From Octopus sinensis (taxonomy: Eukaryota): a stretch of DNA of 64,000 nucleotides. The stretch is taken from the NCBI RefSeq assembly GCF_006345805.1, contig NC_043003.1:3906001-3970000 (forward strand), read 5' to 3'. The notes under the pieces were generated by a model. The model was not told where the DNA came from and searched no databases. It worked only from the letters and a program-made list of their open reading frames with translations. Below, in pieces: positions 36,281 through 48,820 of this stretch. The translations under genes were made by a program, and so were the position numbers. How positions within the stretch are numbered: the first letter of the stretch is position 1; each line of letters starts with the position of its first letter.

Positions 36281-37010
36281 TACAGTTTTATATTTAAGAG
36301 ATAAGGAATTACATTATTAACACAACGTTTCGGCTGATATACCTTCTCGGGGGAATTTCTCATTTTGATGTTGTTGTTGTCGTTATTATTATTCTTATTC
36401 TGGTCACTGCCTGGAATCGAACTTGTAATCTTGGGGTTAGTAGCCTGTGCTCTTAACCACTATGCCATATGCCCATGGGCAATTATGGAGTAAATTTTTA
36501 AGGCTTATAAATATTCTCCTATCCTTCCTTAATACTGGTTCCCATATGCTATTCATATCTGCACTCGGTCTGCTTAGGAGGTTGTTGTGTCCAAGCATAT
36601 GTGCTGCTTCTTTGAGTTTTCGTATTTTCCAGTGGTGTTCCCTGTCTATTATTTCAACTTCGTCCCACAGGGGGAGGTGGTCTCCATTTTTCCATACATG
36701 ATCAGCTATACCCGATTTATCAATATCTCCCCATGTCACAGCTTTGCGATGTTCCTCTACCCTTATTTTGAGGGGACGGCATGTTTCGTCTTTGTATACC
36801 CTACCACAGATGCATGGGATGGAGTACACCCAGTTTTTGGTCATGTTCTCTTCTGTTGGTGGTTTTACTCTAAGGAGATATTTGCAAAGTGTTGTATTAC
36901 TCTTGAATACTGTCCTGACATTCATATGGGCCGCAAATCTTTTGTATCTTTTCGGAGGGGCCTTGCACATAGGGTAGACAGACAGTAGACAGTTTATTGG
37001 CTTCTTCCTC
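36281..37010 (-). mobile_element. Penelope-like element 3' part: GIY-YIG endonuclease plus terminal repeat
   Basis: ORF 36437-36970 NWVYSIPCICGRVYKDETCRPLKIRVEEH...SGIADH...RKLKEAAHM is a typical PLE GIY-YIG domain; downstream CAGCCGAAACGTTGTGTT hammerhead half matches 16330-16373. Confidence 0.9.
36401..36473 (-). promoter_or_regulatory. tRNA-like Pol III internal promoter within the Penelope terminal region
   Basis: GGCATATGGCATAGTGGTTAAGAGCACAGGCTACTAACCCCAAGATTACAAGTTCGATTCCAGG: A box TGGCATAGTGG, B box AGTTCGATTCC at tRNA spacing. Confidence 0.7.
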
Positions 37011-37189
37011 TCTTTTCTTCATATGAAGAAAAGAAAAGAAAAGCAAACTTCACACAACCATGCCTGCAGACACATACACACACAATCGATGGTATGTGTT
37101 TAATAGTTGATTCAAACTCACAACCTCACAATTGTAAGCTTGGCGCTTTAACCACTGAGCCATGGACCTTCACAATATATATATATAGC

Positions 37190-37570
37190 TTTTATATCTT
37201 ACTTGTTTTGGTCATTGGACTGTGGACATACTGGAGCACTGCCTTGAAGAATTTTTAGTCGAATGAATCGACCCCAGTACTTATTTTTTAACCTTGGTAC
37301 TTATCCTGTCAATGTCTTTTGCCGAACTGCTAAGTTTCAGGGATGTAAACAAACCAACACTGGTTGCCAAGCAATGGTGGGGGATAAATACAGGCACAAA
37401 GGCACACACACATCTACACGACAGGCTTCTTTCAGTTTCAGTCTATCAAATCCACTCACAAAGCTTTGGTCAGCCCAAGTCTAAGGTAGAAGACACTTGT
37501 CCAAGGTGCCACGCAGTGGGACTGAACCTGGAACCATGTGGTTGGGAAGCAATCTTCACATAACCATGCC
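37190..37570 (-). mobile_element. SINE family B, older copy
   Basis: Collinear with 22831-23242, with CpG decay. Confidence 0.8.
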
Positions 37571-37592
37571 TGCAGACACACTCACAAACAAA

Positions 37593-37626
<34 letters not shown>

Positions 37627-37633
37627 ACACACA

Positions 37634-37697
<64 letters not shown>

Positions 37698-37971
37698 GAA
37701 GGTATGTGTTTAATAATTTATTAGAAAATGTTTTTATAAATCCTAAAGTTTGGTGAAAGACCTAACTTTATAGATACACTAAAAGTAGTGGTGGTCGTGG
37801 TGGGTATGGAGTAGCTGAAAGTCCAAAGTGTTATCATCAACAATCCCCTTCCTCGGGTCCAGCATGGTTGTTCCTCTCTCCACCTGTAACTTCTGTGGAC
37901 CCCATGTGTATGTGTCATTATATAAGGTAAACCACATTGGCTTTGACTCAAACCTGTTCCCATTCTTTTCT

Positions 37972-38025
<54 letters not shown>

Positions 38026-38461
38026 ATGGTGGTGGTAGTCAGTCACTCAGTAGTAGTAGTAGTAGTAGTAGTGGTAATTGCTGTTTCACCAAAAGTCAAC
38101 AACTTCCTCTCAGCTAAAAATGTCAGATCTTAAATTCCGCCACAATTATACGTTTGCTGGTTTTTACACTACCTATACCACTGACACTGCTGCCACCTAT
38201 ACCACTGGTACTCTCATACTACTGATACTACCACCTAAACTATCATACCGCCACCACTACAGCATTATGCTACCATTACCACCATCTGTAAACAAGACCA
38301 CTGCCTCTTTATCAGTTCTGATGTATGGCCCTGAGTCAGAGACAGCCTCTGTGTGGTCTCTAAACATGCTAGAGATAAAACCACATCTCACCATCTAAAT
38401 AAAGGAAAGTTCACATTGAATAATGGTGGTGGTGGTGGTCTTGATGTCATGTGTTGATGGT

Positions 38462-39400
38462 GAGGCAGCGAGATGGCAGACTCGTTAGCATGCTAGACAA
38501 AATGCTGCTAAGCGTTCTGAGTTCAAATTCTTCCGAGGTCAACCTTGCCTTTTATCCATTTGGAGTCAATAAAATAAGTACCAGTTATGTAGTGGGGTCA
38601 ATGTAAGCGACTTACCCCCTTTCTTGAAATTGCTGGTCTTGTGCCTGGCAGAATCGTTAGCATGCCAGGCGAAATGCTTAGCAATATTTCATCTGTCGCT
38701 ACGTTCTGAGTTCAAATTCCACTGAAGTCAACTTTGCCTTCCATCCTTTCGGGGTCGATTAAATAAGTACCAGTTGAACACTGGGGTTGATGTAATTGAC
38801 TTGTCCTTTCCATACCCCACTAAACTGCTGCCCTTGTGGCAAAATTTGAAAACTTCATCATCATCATCATCATTATTATTATTAAGGTGATGAACTGGCA
38901 GAATCGTTAGCATGTCAGACAAAATGCTCACATTTTGACTGTGGCCATGTAGGAGCACCACCTTTAGTTGAGCAAATCGACCCCAGGACTTATTCTTTGT
39001 AAGCCTAGTACTTATTGTATCGGTCTCTTTTTGCAGAACCACTAAGTTACAGGGACGTAAACACACCACCATTGTTTGTCAAGAGATGTTGGGGGTGGGG
39101 GGACACATAACAGACAAACAAACATACACACATATATACATATATACGACGGGCTTCCTTCAGTTTCTGTCTACCAAATCCACTTACAAGGCCTTGGTTG
39201 GCCTAAGGCTATAGTAGAAGACACTTGCCCAAGGTGCCACGCTGTGGGACTGAACCCGGAACCATGTGGTTGGTTAGCAAACTACTTACTACACAGCCAC
39301 ACCTGTGCCTATTTCATCTGTTTCTATGTTCTGAGTTCAAATTGTGCCAAGGTCAACTTTGCCATCCTTCCAGGGTCAGTGAGATATAAGTACCAGTTAA
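38462..39400. mobile_element. Nest of family C SINEs (+) with a family B SINE (-) at about 38930-39309
   Basis: Repeated GGCAGA(A/C)TCGTTAGCATG / GTTCTGAGTTCAAATT motifs; the B copy interrupts a C copy. Confidence 0.75.
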
Positions 39401-41872
39401 ACACTGCGGTCAAGGCTTGTGCCCTTAGTGTTGATGGTGGAGCTCTTGTCTTCTTGTAGTGGCATTGGTGTTGTCCAGTGTGTTTCTATGTTGTATAACC
39501 CCAGGCCAGTTGTGGTCATTTCTGTCAAATGCAGGCAGTCATTGGTCGAAGGACGAGGCACAACCCACAGCTCTGTCTTCCTAGTTGTGTCCGAGGACTG
39601 GACTGCTGTGACATAACACTGTGGACACACTGTGGACCCTCTTTGTCCACCTGTCCACTCACAGATTTTGGTGGTAGCTTATGGTCGAGGCAGGCAAGGT
39701 GGACTTGGACCAAAGTGTAACATTTGCTGCTCTGCATCTCTTCCCACCTGTTGTGGATGGGATGAATTGCAACAGGATGATGGCAGGGGTGATGGTGTAG
39801 ATGTATGATTGATGGTGAGGGTGGTGGTGGGGAATGTTGTTTCTGTTGTTGTTGCTATTCATTCCATTCAAATGTAAACCACCACCACCACTACCACCTA
39901 TACTATAATCTTTTGAAAGTGATTCACATGCATTAAAAAAAATCAATAAATTTTGATGTTTGTGTCAGCTGCTGTAATCGTGGTGGTGGTGGTGGTGGTG
40001 TTTGTGGTGGTGGTGACAGTGGTTGTGGAGGCGGCAGTAGTGGTGGTGGTGGTGGTGGTAACATGTGGTTGAGTCAGTAGAGCAGTGGATACAATACTTT
40101 GTGGTATCTAGTCATTTATCTTTTGATTATCAGTTCAAATCCTACTCAGGTCAGTGTTGTGTTTCACCATTCCAGGGTCAATAAAGACCCTGGGGCTCAT
40201 ATAATTAACTCTCCCCCACCAGATTTCTAGCTCCCTAGATTTCAGTTTTAAGTCATTTTGGATTTTCTGGGTTTTATTCAGTCAGCTAGTGGCCTTGATA
40301 TGAAACCCATGAAATTGTTCAAACCCTACTGAAGTTTACTTTATTTACCAGATGGTAAATAAAGGGGTCATGGAAGATATTGTATTTTAGTCATCATCAT
40401 CATCATCATCGTTTAGCGTCCGCTTTCCATGCTAGCATGGGTTGGACGATTCGACTGGGGTCTGGGAAGCCAGGAGGCTGCACCAGGCCCAGTCTGATCT
40501 GGCAAGGTTTCTACAGCTGGATGCCCTTCCTAATGCCAACCACTCCGTGAGTGTAGTGGGTGCTTTTTACATACCACCGGCACAGGGGCCAGAGCCGGCT
40601 GGCAAACGCCCATGATTGGTTGGTGCTATTTACGTGCCACCGGCACGGAGGCCAGTAGTAAAAAAAGAAAAAAAACAGGAATGTTAATCATTGCATCATA
40701 ATGTCACTTTAATTTCTTATGTAGGGAGAAGTTACAGGAGAAAGACTAGCTTTCTATCCCAGAGGATATTGATCTCACTTCTGCTTAGTATCCTGGAAAC
40801 CATGGATAGTCACCTTCTCTGTGATTTCAAACAGGGTTGTAGTGAGGTGTAGTATCTAAGTAGAAGAATATAAGGTGGCTGTTCAGGCTGGGTTGTCTAA
40901 CCCAGAAATCTTGAAAGAGTTTGTTGTTGTCTTGCGGTCCTTGTGGGTAAGCACATGTAGACAGCAGTGTAGAACATTCTAGGAGAGGGTTCAATCTTTC
41001 CCAGGGCCTTCACTAAGGAGTCGTACTAAAATTTAGGCACAGTCACGACTCTGCTGGTTAAGAAGCTTGCTTTGCAGACACATGGTTTCTGGTTCAATCC
41101 TACTGTGTGATACCTTGGGCTAGTATCTTCTTCTGTTGCCCCAGAACAAACAATGCATTGTGAGTGAATTTGGTGATCAGAATGGAGCCTGGTGCAGCCT
41201 TCTGGCTCTCCAGACCTCAGTCAAACCGTCCAACCCATGCCAGCATGGAAAACGGGCATTAAATGATGATGATGATGATGATGATGATGATAGAGCCTGC
41301 ACCAGCCCTCCCCACTTCCTTTCTCATGTTCCTTCAGCTCTTGGTTGAGGGTTAAATTAATGTTGACTTTTGACATTTCAAGGTCACTTCTTATTTTCAA
41401 GTAACCCCACTCGAGTCCCATCGCCAACTTGCAACTTTGGTTGTTCACATTTCCCTAATCAACAATGTACCGGCTGGGATTGTTGTTGTTGTTGTTGTGA
41501 ATTGTTGTTGTGAACCACAGCTGTGCTAGTTGAGCAGGTGTATAAATACGGGGAGTGAAAAAATACTGAGGTTAACGCCACCCTCTACCACCACCACCAC
41601 CACCACCACCTGAACCGTGTGGGTTATTTGATATTGATTTAATTGTATTGTTGCTGCTTTTCCTAATGTTGTTGTTAATGATGATGATGATATTGATGGT
41701 AAAAGTGGTGGTGTTGTAATGACGGTGGTGGTGGTGGTGGTTGCGATACTGCAGACCCATAAATGCCAACAGATTTCTTAGCTACTAATAGGCACCATGA
41801 GGTGGTGCATTTTGCTACATTGCACCAACAATGGAACCTATATGCTTTCACACTTCCTGCTAGAAGGCCAAC

Positions 41873-42079
41873 TCTTTACTCTTTTACTTGTTTCAGTCAT
41901 TTGACTGCGGCCATGCTGGAGCACTGCCTTTAGTCGAGCAAATCGACCCCGGAACTTATTCTTTGTAAGCCCAGTACTTATTCTATCGGTCTCTTTTGCC
42001 GAACCGCTAAGTGACGGGGACGTAACACACCAGCATCGGTTGTCAGGCAATGCTAGGGGGACAAACACAGACACACAAG

Positions 42080-42151
<72 letters not shown>

Positions 42152-42329
42152 ATATATACATATATACGACAGGCTTCTTTCAGTTTCCGTCTACCAAATC
42201 CACTCACAAGGCATTGGTCGGCCCGAGGCTATAGCAGAAGACACTTGCCCAAGATGCCACGCAGTGGGACTGAACCCGGAACCATGTGGTTGGTTAGCAA
42301 GCTACTTACCACACAGCCACTCCTGCGCC
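41873..42329 (-). mobile_element. SINE family B, full length
   Basis: Near-identical to 22831-23242 and 30542-30982. Confidence 0.92.
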
Positions 42330-43619
42330 AACTGTGTCTTCCTTAAATCTTGTCCTATTGCCATAAATGATGAAGAGCACATTACACGTGAGGTTAGTCC
42401 TTTGTGAGTAGATCTAGCAGAAGGAAACTGAAAGAAGCCCATCGTGTGTGTGCGTGTGTGTGTGCCAGTGTCTGTCCCCCACCACCAGTTGACAATTGGT
42501 GTTGGTGTGTTTATGTTCCTGTAACTTAGTGGTTCAGTAAATGAGAACGATAAAATACGTCCCAGTTTTTAAAATAGAATAATAAGTCCTGGGGTTGATT
42601 TCTTTGACTAAAACATTTTAAGGCTGTGCTCCAGCATGGCCGCAGTCTAATGACTGAGACAAGCAAAAGGTAAACGATGACTCTATATCTCGGTAGCATG
42701 TCATAACAAATGTGGTCTTTGCAGTCTCTGTTATTTCTAGCAGATCAAGCAATGGCATTGAATGGTTTTTTGTTTTTTTTTGTGTTAGAACATAACACAG
42801 AGGCAGGGACAGGAAATCTAGCAAAATATTAACCCCAACCCTAACCATTGGCCTGTTTCATGTTTTGGATATGCAAGAATTTTAAGTGTGTTTCAGTGAA
42901 AACGAAAAAAAAAAAAAAACAAGTCATAGAATTGCCCCCCCCCCCAACCTCCACCCCCCACCCCCGCCCCCACTGCTGCCACCATAGAGTGATGGTGGGT
43001 GTGGCAGGACAGCTGTGAAGGTGAAAGGTTAACTGTAAGCAGAAGCCTTATCTGTTGGTTAAGAGATTATTAACCTCTTGTAAGTGTGTGTCTCTCTCTC
43101 TCTCTCTCTAATAGACACCTCCATTTTGCTGCTACTGCTACTGCTGCTGCTGGTTACCTGCAGTAGCGTAAGTTGTTTGAAAGTGTTAATTTTTTGCTGA
43201 CGAATGCCAGACCCGAAGCAAGTGTTAACAGTTTTTTATCATGAAACTACTCGCCACTCTTTGACCTTCCGTATAACAACTACTGCAACAAGATGTCTTG
43301 TAAACAGGCTACAAAATTCTGATTCCTTCTTCTCCCTTAGGGATCTTAATTTATCTTCATTTACCAATTTCATTCCAAATATTATATTACCTACTTATTT
43401 AGATTTTGTGAAGGCACTTGGCTCAGTGGTTAGAGCGTCGAGCTTACAATCGTGAGGTTATGAGTTCAATTGCCGGACCAGGCTGTGCATTGTTTTCTTG
43501 AGCAAGACTCTTTATTTCACGTTGCTCCAGTTCCGAGAGGATGGAGAGTCTCTGAAGAGGCCACAGGATGTGTGATGAAAGATTTCAGACAAAGGACGCC
43601 AAGATAAGACCAATAATAT

Positions 43620-43830
43620 ATTTCTTTTCTACCCACAAGGGGCTAAACACAGATGGGGACAAACAAGGACAGACAAACGGATTAAGTCGATTACATCGAC
43701 CCCAGTGCGTAACTGGTACTTAATTTAATCGACCCCGAAAGGATGAAAGGCTAAGTTGACCTCAGCGGGATTTGAACCCAGAACGTAACGGCAGACGAAA
43801 TACAGCTACGCATTTCACCAGCTCGCCGCC
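43620..43830 (-). mobile_element. SINE family C
   Basis: Reverse complement of 24160-24390 with a small head deletion. Confidence 0.85.
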
Positions 43831-45069
43831 CTCAATAATAAAGCTGATGTGAAGAACAAGTATATCGTATTTGTGGTTATTGTAGCAAAAAGAAGGGGGG
43901 GAAAAAGAAAGATGTCTCATATCTGGTTGTGGTGTCAGAGTTAAAAATTTCTGGTTTCGTGAGCCCTTTCTACTCCCACAGTTTGTTGGAAGTGGTGAAA
44001 TGGTTGGAATTGTAATAACTGACCAAGTGAGAAATAAACACCAACAGTCCGTGTTACTGGTCAGTTCTTGTTGATAATGGTTGTGTTGTTTAATAGACTG
44101 TGATCGATAAACAACTCACATATCTATAGATTATTTCCTTCTAATTAAAAAACAAAATTGGTTCACCTTTGTCTAGTCTGTTCTCTTTCCTGGCTGGTAT
44201 TATTATTATTATTTGCCAAACCACTAAGTTATGGGGACATATTCATACCGATGTCGGTTGTCCAGCAGTGGTACGGGTCAAACACTAGCACAAAGACACA
44301 AACATACAAAATATAATATATATTCATACACACACACACATATATATATATGTAACCAGCCCACTTGTGAATACCACTCATACATTGGACAGTAAACTTG
44401 TGAAGACCTATTGAGGTAAGTGAAATCAAATCAAAATTGCTGTCGTGGCCGATGACAGTACCACCTGATTGGCACTCATGCCAGTGGAACGTTGAACGCA
44501 CATCTGAACATGATTGTTACCAGGGCCATCGATTGGCTCCCGTAAAAAGCACAATTCGAGCGTGAATGTTGCATTGCCTTACTGGCACATGAAAAACAAC
44601 ATTTGAGCGTGGCCGTTGCCAGTACCGCCTGACTGGCCCCTGTGCCAGTGACATGTAAATGTACCCACTACACTCTCGGAGTGGTTGGCGTTAGGAAGGG
44701 CATCCGGCTGTAGAAACTCTGCCAGATTGGATTGGAGCCTGGTGCAGCCTTCTGGCTTGCCGGTCCTCAGTCAAACTGTCCAACCCATGCCAGCATGGAA
44801 AGCGGACCTTAAACGATGACGCCACCGCCGATGATGATAATGATGATGATGATGATGTGTGTGTGTGTATTATTAATATTTAGCAGGAGTAAAAGAGTGA
44901 CTCAAGGTTTGAGAGTTCTGTGTGATGGCGCTTTCCAAACTTGTCTGATAAGTGCCAATGCACGAAACTCTTGGACCTTGAGTCACTCTTTTACCTCTGC
45001 AAAATATTAATAAAAATCTGCAAATGCTCATATTTTGAGTTCTATGTTTCCTGTTTGCACCAACATACC

Positions 45070-45126
<57 letters not shown>

Positions 45127-46867
45127 GTATATATATATATGTATATGTAAGTGTGGATTGTGCTAGTGACTGCTACTGTATGTATGTGTGTGTGTGTGTG
45201 TGTATGAAACAGTTGTGAAGAGTATGGTGTTGGTGGCGTGGGAAGCGAGGTTCGTTTCTGTTCAGTCACCATTGATGTGTTTATGTTGACCTGTCAGTGG
45301 TGTGGGGGAGGAGAATTTCAATACTGAAACATTCACCCCACCCCCACCCCACCCTACACATTGTCTGCTCTGCTGAAAGCAACTTCCTCCCACTATCACT
45401 GCCACCACCACCATTACTACTACTACTACTTTTTCTGTTCAACTGACAAATTGACAGATCAAGAAAAATTAATATTTCACACCACCACCACTACCACAAC
45501 CACCACAACCACAAGCACCTTGGTAGGTTGGTAAATGGTTAGTTAGATGAATTAGTAGGTAAATAAGTAAACAGACAGACAGACAGATAGATAGATAGCC
45601 AACCAGCATTGGCCACACAGGGCTGGACACAGAGGGGACAAATACAAATGTAGAGCTTTTCTTTTTGAAGATGGAAAAGGAAAAAGATTAAAAATAAAGG
45701 AAACAAATGTAAAATTTCGATCAAAAGGGATCAGACAAAACAAAAAAAAAACAATCAAAAGGGATCGTGTATCACAGAAAGAAAATTTTTTTTTCTAAAG
45801 TAACAAACAAGATTAGGTTCCTCCGTGGAAAGAAAAGCCTACAGAAAAGACCACGGTAACCTCAGGCAGGGAGGAAATAAACACATGAGAGCAAAGTGCT
45901 CTCTCTCTCTCTCTCTCTTTTGCGATTTACAGGATCATGCTCAAAGTGGTTTCGTCACTTGTACGCACCATCTTTGCTAGATAGATAGACAGGTAGATAT
46001 GCTAGTTGGTAGATAGATATGTTAATAAATAAGTTGGATAGATAGCTATGTTGATAGATATGTAGGTAGGTAGATGGATAGATAGATTGATAAATTAATA
46101 AAGACTAAGTTAATGCTAACACATTTATGGACACGGGAGATAACTTCAAACATATTTCAGTCTTATTATGACCTCATTAGGGAAGTATATAGTTCACCAG
46201 AGTGTTATATATAGGGCACACTGTGGGTTAATTGGTTCGGAGAAAAACAAGGAGTTTGCTTATGGATAAAGATACATATTGGCAATCATTGTTGTTTAGC
46301 TCAGGGCCACCAATAAATATACAGAGCTTTGATTAAAGCCTTTCCAACACTGACCATCCCAACCATCTAGGCTTTAGAGAAAGGGTAATCTAACATTACA
46401 TTATTTGTTGACCTCCTTTTTTTAAATGTTAGATCATGATTTGAGGAAGATTTGGCAGTGTTTCTAGCAAACCAAAGGAGCATGAAGAGGCCCTAATTTT
46501 GGTTTGATTGATTGGTGTAGTGTTGGCAGTGGTTGTAGTGGGTAGCATAGGGGTGTATGGTTGCTGGAGAGATATATGGGGTGAAGGGTGGATGTTTGGG
46601 GTGGAATTAGAAAAATAAAGTCTTGTGTGGTCCGATATATAGTTTCATCTGTTTTCAATTGATTTCCTTATTTCTGCTGTTGTTGTTGTTGTCGTTATGG
46701 TTCCTCATTCTTTCTGTATTCAAACATGGCGGCTGTCTTTTACCATTCCTGGTTCTCTGCCAACTCATGGAGTGTCTTCAACATTTAATTACACACCTGT
46801 CTCTCTTTTTCCCATACATACATACAAGTGTACATACATACATACTGATATATATATATATATATAT

Positions 46868-48760
46868 TCCTGCTATATTCCTGGTAAGGCAGCTGCAGGA
46901 GAAATACCTAGCCAAAGATAAGCCCCTGTACCTGGCTTTTGTTGACATGGAGAAAGCCTTCGACAGGGTCCCCCGATCCCTTATCTGGTGGGCAATGAGA
47001 AAACTAGGGATAGATGAATGGTTAGTGAGAGCTGTGCGGGCCATGTATAGGGACGCCGCTAGTAGGGTGAGGGTTGGAAATGAGTACAGTGAAGAATTCC
47101 GGGTAGAGGTAGGGGTCCACCAAGGCTCAGTACTCAGCCCCCTCCTATTTATCATAGTCCTCCAGGCAATAACGGAGGAATTCAAGACAGGATGCCCTTG
47201 GGAGCTCCTCTATGCTGATGACCTTGCTCTAATTGCTGAGTCGCTATCAGAACTGGAGGAGAAGTTTCAGGTGTGGAAACAAGGATTAGAATCGAAGGGC
47301 CTCAGAGTCAATCTAGCTAAAACCAAAGTCGTAATCAGTAGGAAGGTAGACAAATCACAAACACTTCAGGTAGATGGCCCTGCTCGATCTGTAGAAAAGG
47401 TGTAGGTAGAAACTCTATAAGATGCACCAAGTGTAAGCTATGGACACATAAGAGATGCAGCAATGTCAAGGAAGGCTAACTAGGAAGATGGTTTTTGTAT
47501 GTGGCAGATGCTCAGGAACAATAAACACTGAAAATGCTCTGAGACCAACTTCCGTCACTTTCCAGGGAGAAAACTAGAAATAGTTGATAGTTTCCGTTAC
47601 CTAGGTGACCAAGTCAGCAGCGGGGGTGGGTGTGCTGAAAGTGTAACTGCTAGAGTAAGAATAGCTTGGGCAAAGTTCAGAGAGCTCTTACCTCTGCTGG
47701 TGACAAAAGGCCTCTCGCACAGAGTGAAAGGCAGACTGTATGATGCGTGTGTACGAACAGCCATGCTACATGGCAGTGAAACATGGGCCGTGACTGCTGA
47801 GGATATGCGTAAGCTCGCTAGAAATGAAGCCAGTATGCTCCGATGGATGTGTAATGCCGGTACTCACACTCCGCAGAGTGTAAGTACCTTGAGAGAAAAG
47901 CTGGACCTAAGAAGCATCAGTTGTGGTGTGCAAGAGAGACGTTTGCGCTGGTATGGTCATGTGGCGAGAATGGATGAAGATAGTTGTGTGAAAAAGTGCC
48001 ACACCCTAGCGGTTGAGGGAACCTGTGGAAGAGGCAGACCCAGGAAAACCTGGGACGAGGTGGTGAAGCACGACCTTCGAACTTTAGGTCTCACTGAGGA
48101 AATGACTAGAGACCGAGACCTCTGGAAGTGTGCTGTGCGCGAGAAGACCCGGCAGGACAAGTGAGTCCACAACCCGTGGCCTTCTACATGGGATGGAGCC
48201 AGCCTACGTATGCATACCTTCCCTTCTTGGGACACAAAACTCTACTTGTGAAGACGTGTTGAGGCAAGTGAGGATCAGAATCGAAATCGATCAATGGAAA
48301 TTGCAGATGTGCTACCAGTGCCGGTGGCATGTCGAAACTCTGCTTGTGAAGACCCATTGAGGCAAGTGAGGATCAGAATCGAAATCGATCAATGGAAATT
48401 GCAGATGTGTTACCAGTGCCGGTGGCATGTAAGAGAACTTTCCGTTTCGCGACCGTTGCCAGCACCGCCCCGTTTCGTGTCCGTTGCCAGCCTCGCCTGG
48501 CCCTCGTGCCGGTGGCACATAAAAAGCACCATCCATTCGTGGCCGTTTGCCAGCTCTGTCTGGCACCAGTGCGGGTGGCACGTAAAAAGCACCCACTACA
48601 CTCACGAGTGGTTGGCGTTAGGAAGGGCATCCAGCCGTAGAAACACTGCCAGATTAGACTGGGCCTGATGAAGCCTTCTGGCTTCACAGACCCCAGTAGA
48701 ACCGTCCAACCCATGCTAGCATGGAAAACGGACGCTAAATGATGATGATGATGATGATGA
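46868..48760 (+). mobile_element. 5'-truncated RTE-clade LINE (RT + 3' UTR + (GAT)n tail)
   Basis: AFVDMEKAFDRVP, GVHQGSVLSPLLF, LLYADDL, FRYLG, RRLRWYGHVARM, GRGRPRKTW; stop at 48164; 98-bp tandem duplication in the 3' UTR; three 1-bp frameshifts. Confidence 0.95.
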
Positions 48761-48788
48761 TATATATACACACACACACACACATATG

Positions 48789-48820
<32 letters not shown>

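Noticed and set aside
36401-36473. Functional tRNA gene (73 nt ending in CCA)
   Set aside because: The acceptor stem does not pair and the anticodon/T stems are poor; treated as a tRNA-derived promoter, like the SINE heads elsewhere
41805-41853. miR-33-like sequence GTGCATTTTGCTACATTGCA
   Set aside because: The centre mismatches miR-33, and the hairpin has too short a loop and poor central pairing
46623-46867. Hydrophobic N-terminus of the 260-aa ORF as a host-RT fusion
   Set aside because: The frame runs through a (TA)n junction into a 5'-truncated LINE from a non-ATG start; chance read-through
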